Part shown: positions 16,617 to 20,688 of the stretch, piece after piece
How the letters are laid out: each line of letters starts with the position of its first letter
Position numbering within the stretch: position 1 is the first letter of the stretch
Assembly (NCBI GenBank): GCA_023137195.1
Contig: JAGLPV010000048.1
Coordinates: 1-20,688 of the forward strand
From: Candidatus Aenigmatarchaeota archaeon
GTDB taxonomy: Archaea > EX4484-52
Direction: 5' to 3'
DNA: 20,688 bases
Notes under the pieces: model-generated
Told to the model about the DNA's origin: nothing
Databases searched by the model: none
The model's input: only the letters and a program-made list of their open reading frames with translations
Made by a program: the position numbers and the translations under genes

Positions 16617-17234
16617 ATGAAAATAGGGGCAGAGGCAGACATAATTATATCTGAAGACAGGAAATTTGTATTTAAGAGGCGAATAAGAAAGTCATACCGC
16701 GATTTGAAGCTTGATGAGCAGATAAGAAAGTTGCGGACAAAGAAAGAGGTTAATCTTTTGGAATTGTGTAGGGAGTATAAAATACCGGTGCCTCGAGTAT
16801 GGTTGGAGGATAAGTTTACCTTAAAATCCGAATTTATTGATGGAGAGAATTTGGATGATTTTATTCGAGAAGGGAATGAGGATAAAATAAAACGGATTTT
16901 AGGGAAATGCGCTTTTTTTATTGCAAAGATGCATAATAATAATGTGGTTCATGGGGATTTGACTGCTTCTAATATAATAGTGTATATAGAGGATAAGGAA
17001 GAAGTTCCTTATTTTATTGATTTTGGGTTTGGTCAGAAAACATACCGTGTGGAAGAAAAGGCAATGGATATTCACAATTTTGTGAAATCATTTAATGCGA
17101 CATTTCCGTTGCTAGGGGAGTGTTCTTGTTTTTTTGAAGGAAAGTATCTGGAAAATTTAGAGTCTGATGAGGCTAAGAAAATAAGAAATCGGCTTGATAA
17201 GATACGCGGAAGGGGAAGGTATTTGAAAAAATAA
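16617..17234 (+). CDS. bud32: KEOPS kinase Bud32 (likely start ATG 16617)
   Basis: GAEADI, KRRIRKSYRDLKLDEQIRKLRTKKE, HGDLTASN, IDFG, EEKAMD, C-terminal RGRY. Confidence 0.92.
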   Translation: MKIGAEADIIISEDRKFVFKRRIRKSYRDLKLDEQIRKLRTKKEVNLLELCREYKIPVPRVWLEDKFTLKSEFIDGENLDDFIREGNEDKIKRILGKCAFFIAKMHNNNVVHGDLTASNIIVYIEDKEEVPYFIDFGFGQKTYRVEEKAMDIHNFVKSFNATFPLLGECSCFFEGKYLENLESDEAKKIRNRLDKIRGRGRYLKK

Positions 17235-17340
17235 TTTGTTTTTTGCATTTTTATTAATGGATTAAGATGTATTATTTGCTGTTTGTTGCTTCTTTTTTGG
17301 GAAAGAGGTCAATAGTTATTGTTTCTAAAACGAGGGTATC

Positions 17341-17390
17341 ACCGAAAGACTTATATATGAAAAGTAAAAAAACCGAAAGATTTATATATG
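17341..17390 (+). promoter_or_regulatory. Tandem duplicated BRE-TATA promoter
   Basis: ACCGAAAGACTTATATATG (17341-17359) and ACCGAAAGATTTATATATG (17372-17390): 18/19 identical, 31 bp apart. Confidence 0.8.
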
Positions 17391-17415
17391 TGATAAACAA
17401 ATTAATGTAATATAA

Positions 17416-18549
17416 ATGGTGAATATGATGAATATAAAAAAATATATTAAAAACTATACCTTTTTGGCAGTTATTGCCTCAATAGGTATTTTGTTTTTAT
17501 GTAGTACAAGTAATGTTGTTGCAGAAGAAGGTAGTTTTGCGTTAACAAATGTCAGTGTCCAAGTGGCTGATGTGACATGGATAGATATATCTCCGGATAT
17601 GGTTATGTGGCATAGTGTTAATCCCGGAGCATATTCGACGAACTTTACGGATTTGGAGACAAGCACTACAGATCACAGGGCGTTTGTTATAAGAAATATT
17701 GGCTCTTCGAATATAACAAAAATATGGTTTAATGCGACTTATCCATCTGCTTCAAATACATTATACTCAGATATATATGGAACAGGAGATTTAGCTTTAT
17801 ATGATACTGCTAATTTTGTTACGGTGAGTGTGGCAGACAAAACAGGAAATGATAGTGCTATAAGAGATGATAATGATAAGTATTTTTTTATAAATAAAGT
17901 AGAATATGCAGAAGCAGTATATAATATAAGTGGTTCTTCATGGAACTTGATAGAAGGAAATGCAGTACCTTATGTGAAATTTGATAATCCAACTGATTAT
18001 GGTTCGGCTGGAGCTGATACTTTATCTGTCGGCAGAATAAGAGATGCAAAAAACGAATATTTCTGGGTATTGGTGGCAAATCCAACAGAGCATAATTGCT
18101 CAAATACAGGAGGTACTAATTATCCTGAATTTTTTGTTGGAATAGTACCACATAATCAGACAAATGTTGGAGATATAGAATTTGAGAGTGATTGTGATCA
18201 GACAACATGCTATCAGTCATCAAATATGGGGTCGGATGCAACCAATGACAGAGCATTACTCGCAGTAGATGATGGCGAGGGGCGATGGCAGAATGTAGCA
18301 ATAGCGACAATGGCAAATTGCAGAGGAATATATGCTATTCAATGGAATAGAGATATGGCAGGTGTTGCTGGTAATAATAACAAAAATTACTGGATAACAG
18401 ATGTTGCAGCTACACCCGGGGAAGGAAAGGTAGATAGTACTGGAGTTTCGCCAGGAGAATACTACACAGCATGGGTAAAGCTCGCTCTTCCTTATGGAGT
18501 ACCCACAGGAACACTTCAGACAGGAACAATAACAGTGCTTGCAAGTTAA
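17416..18549 (+). CDS. Secreted surface/structural glycoprotein (hypothetical)
   Basis: Signal peptide ending ..SNVVA/EE; acidic, Asn/Thr/Gly-rich; several N-x-S/T sequons; no C-terminal TM; ends LPYGVPTGTLQTGTITVLAS. Confidence 0.8.
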   Translation: MVNMMNIKKYIKNYTFLAVIASIGILFLCSTSNVVAEEGSFALTNVSVQVADVTWIDISPDMVMWHSVNPGAYSTNFTDLETSTTDHRAFVIRNIGSSNITKIWFNATYPSASNTLYSDIYGTGDLALYDTANFVTVSVADKTGNDSAIRDDNDKYFFINKVEYAEAVYNISGSSWNLIEGNAVPYVKFDNPTDYGSAGADTLSVGRIRDAKNEYFWVLVANPTEHNCSNTGGTNYPEFFVGIVPHNQTNVGDIEFESDCDQTTCYQSSNMGSDATNDRALLAVDDGEGRWQNVAIATMANCRGIYAIQWNRDMAGVAGNNNKNYWITDVAATPGEGKVDSTGVSPGEYYTAWVKLALPYGVPTGTLQTGTITVLAS

Positions 18550-18572
18550 AGCAAGCATTGTATTCATATTCA

Positions 18573-18604
18573 CCCCCCTCTTTTCTTTTCTTTTTCATTT
18601 TTTT
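18573..18604 (+). terminator. Pyrimidine/oligo-T tract, archaeal-type terminator
   Basis: CCCCCCTCTTTTCTTTTCTTTTTCATTTTTTT shortly after the stop at 18549. Confidence 0.6.
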
Positions 18605-18665
18605 ATCAAATATTATTGTTTTTTGAGTAAATTAGATTTATATAATTCCTGTTTATTTTTAATGT

Positions 18666-19988
18666 ATGAAAAAAGTAAAGGGAATGCGGGATTTTGATTC
18701 TTGTTTGATGAGTGATAAGGATTTTATTGTGAAGAAAATAGAAGAAGTATTCAGTAGTTTTAATTTCAGGAAAATAGATACTCCCGTAATGGAGTATTTT
18801 GATACATTGACCAAGCAAGGAACTGGTGGAGATGAAATAGAAAATCAGACATACAATTTTTACGATTTTTCTAAGAGGAGAATAGGATTAAGATATGATT
18901 TGACTGTGCCACTTGCACGCTATTTATCTGAAAATTCAAATTTTGCGATACCACAAAAACTTCAGAGGATAGGTAAGGTGTGGAGATATGAAGATACAAA
19001 AAAGGGAAGGTATAGGGAGTTTAGCCAGTATGATGTTGATATTGTTGGGTCTCTAGATATGACGGCGGATGCGCAGATTTTGTTTTGTGCTTATTGTGCT
19101 CTAAAGAATACAGGCTTAAGTGGATTTACATTCCAGATAAACAACAGAAAACTGACAGATGGAATGTTGGAATATCTGGGTGTTAAAGGAGATAAGCTGA
19201 AAACTGGAGTTATGAGGACGATAGATAAATTAGAAAAGTTGAGCAGAGATGAATTGTACAGGGAATTTGAAAAATACAATATAAAAAAAACAAAGGCAGA
19301 CAAAATCCTGGATTGTTTTGAGTTAAAAGGATCAGTTAATGGCGTGTTGAAGAGCATAAAGGAAAAATACTCTTTTGAAAATAATGAGACTGCGTCGGAA
19401 GGGCTGGTTGAGTTGGAAAAGCTCGGAGAATATTTAAGTTCTTATGGTATGAACAAGGTTTGCGAGTATAATTTAAGCATTGTGAGAGGTCTGGATTACT
19501 ACACGGGTTGTGTCTTTGAGACAAAGATAAAAGGAGAAAGACAACTTGGAAGTATATGCTCCGGAGGGAGATATGATAAGATGCTCGGTTCTTTTATGAA
19601 TAAAGATGTGCCGTGCACAGGTATTTCGATTGGAGTTGACCGTTTGCTGGATTACTTTGTTTCAAAGAAAAAAGAAGAGAATAAGTTAATGAACAAGAAT
19701 GCTATATTTGTTGCAAGTGCAGATGTGCAATATAGTAATAGGGCAATTGAATTGGCGGCGATTTTGAGAGATAAATTAAAGTCAAAAGATGCGATTATTG
19801 AGACAGATGTGACTGGCAGAAAGCTGGCAAGTCAGATAAAATACGCTGACAGGGAAAAGATAAGATATGTGATAATTGTCGGCAAGGATATAGATAATTT
19901 GAAGAAAGTTACATTCAAGGATATGGAGAAACACTGCGAAAAACAAGTAAGCGCTGATTTAAAGGGCATTGAAAAGATGATTGAATAA
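18666..19988 (+). CDS. hisS: Histidyl-tRNA synthetase
   Basis: KGMRDF, LRYDLTVPLAR, VWRYE..KGRYREFSQYDVD, RGLDYYTG, SGGRYD, SIGVDR. Confidence 0.97.
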   Translation: MKKVKGMRDFDSCLMSDKDFIVKKIEEVFSSFNFRKIDTPVMEYFDTLTKQGTGGDEIENQTYNFYDFSKRRIGLRYDLTVPLARYLSENSNFAIPQKLQRIGKVWRYEDTKKGRYREFSQYDVDIVGSLDMTADAQILFCAYCALKNTGLSGFTFQINNRKLTDGMLEYLGVKGDKLKTGVMRTIDKLEKLSRDELYREFEKYNIKKTKADKILDCFELKGSVNGVLKSIKEKYSFENNETASEGLVELEKLGEYLSSYGMNKVCEYNLSIVRGLDYYTGCVFETKIKGERQLGSICSGGRYDKMLGSFMNKDVPCTGISIGVDRLLDYFVSKKKEENKLMNKNAIFVASADVQYSNRAIELAAILRDKLKSKDAIIETDVTGRKLASQIKYADREKIRYVIIVGKDIDNLKKVTFKDMEKHCEKQVSADLKGIEKMIE

Positions 19989-20074
19989 TCTTTTGAATTT
20001 TTCAGGACTTTTTATTAAAATATTCTTTTGGAGTTTTTGAGGAGAAGGGTTGTAAAATAACGTGAAATCTACTC

Positions 20075-20319
20075 AAACACAACTGTTTTTTCGAATTTAT
20101 TTTTAACAGTTGTGTTTTCCTATATATTCACCCACATAAAATTGCTTTTGAAATATTTGAAGTTCGCAATTTTATTTATGGTTGAATATACTACAAATAA
20201 ATTAATCAGAAATAAATATGTTTATGATAAATGCAAAAGAAAACCATTCTCGAACGCAAAAAATACAGGTTAATTCTGTGGATTTTATTCCGATGGTTTT
20301 CTTTTGCTATCATTAAACA
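20075..20319. repeat. Cluster of three consecutive inverted repeats, including a long version of module C (20123-20190)
   Basis: AAACACAACTGTT/AACAGTTGTGTTT (20075-20087/20105-20117); TATATTCACCCACATAAAATTGC/GCAATTTTATTTATGGTTGAATATA; GCAAAAGAAAACCAT/ATGGTTTTCTTTTGC (20233-20247/20293-20307). Confidence 0.85.
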
Positions 20320-20582
20320 GAAGATAAGAGATGTGTTGTTGCTGGTCATTAGTGTTCATCTCAACCCTAAATCATTCCAACTTAATTAATAATCCCTGCT
20401 TTGGAGGTTGGTTTAAAAAAATATTTACCCACCGCTAATTTAGTAGTTTTACATAAGGTCATTCTGCAATTTCTTATATATTCCATACTAATTTGGTAGA
20501 TATATGTTTAATACATTACACATATAAATACTTTTGTATTATTTATCATATAGTTTGTGTATTTACCTAAATTACAAGTAAA

Positions 20583-20655
20583 AATCATAAAAGAGTCTTC
20601 CGAAAAATCTACTTTTAAGCTTATTTTCTTACAATCTACACAACAACAAAATAAT
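20583..20655 (+). repeat. Degenerate third copy of the module A core
   Basis: Exact 21-mer CTACTTTTAAGCTTATTTTCT at 20609-20629, also at 7855-7875 and reverse-complemented at 11327-11347; preceded by AATCATAAAA and followed by AAAATAAT as in the other copies. Confidence 0.8.
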
Positions 20656-20688
20656 CCAGTGGATTTAACTTGAGAATTCCCCACAGCT

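Noticed and set aside
597-19524. Antisense or overlapping ORFs in the track (e.g. 597..869, 784..1059, 1724..1996, 4479..4781, 7273..7692, 8073..8423, 8933..9460, 15130..15477, 15373..15816, 18256..18573, 19091..19357)
   Set aside because: They overlap well-supported genes and have no recognisable motifs; treated as shadow ORFs.
20247-20255. TTCTCGAAC as the inverted partner of GTTCGAGAA at 14004-14012, defining a 6-kb element
   Set aside because: Only a 9-bp match, and the interval holds core genes (infB, bud32, hisS); compatible with chance.
7748-20688. CRISPR array interpretation of the repeats
   Set aside because: No regularly spaced direct repeats with unique spacers and no cas genes; the repeats are dispersed and palindromic.

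Overview
AT-rich archaeal genomic window, probably from a small-genome DPANN-type lineage. That assignment is inferred from aIF5B, stand-alone Bud32, archaeal SepF, a PRC-barrel protein, a DUF1610 zinc ribbon and TATA/BRE promoters about 25 nt upstream of start codons. The left part (1-~6480) is an accessory island: the 5' end of an IS1634-family element, a membrane-anchored exported protein, a PIN toxin convergent with a wHTH protein, a small basic protein, a HEPN-motif protein with an apparent internal stop, an AAA+/DUF4143 ATPase, and two decayed copies of the uvrA 3' end flanking that ATPase. The rest is mostly housekeeping: Mre11, a DUF123/GIY-YIG fusion, HD hydrolase, CBS protein, acylphosphatase, HIT, DUF1610, SepF, a RimK-like protein, an ABC ATPase, PRC-barrel, aIF5B, Bud32, a secreted surface protein with a tandem promoter, and HisRS. 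The most unusual non-coding signal is a family of intergenic arrays (7748-7996, 11134-11393, 20075-20660). They are built from several distinct palindromic modules, joined through shared TATA tetranucleotides in the first two arrays, and the module order differs between copies. No tRNA, rRNA or CRISPR array was seen. All family assignments come from motif recognition, not database searches.
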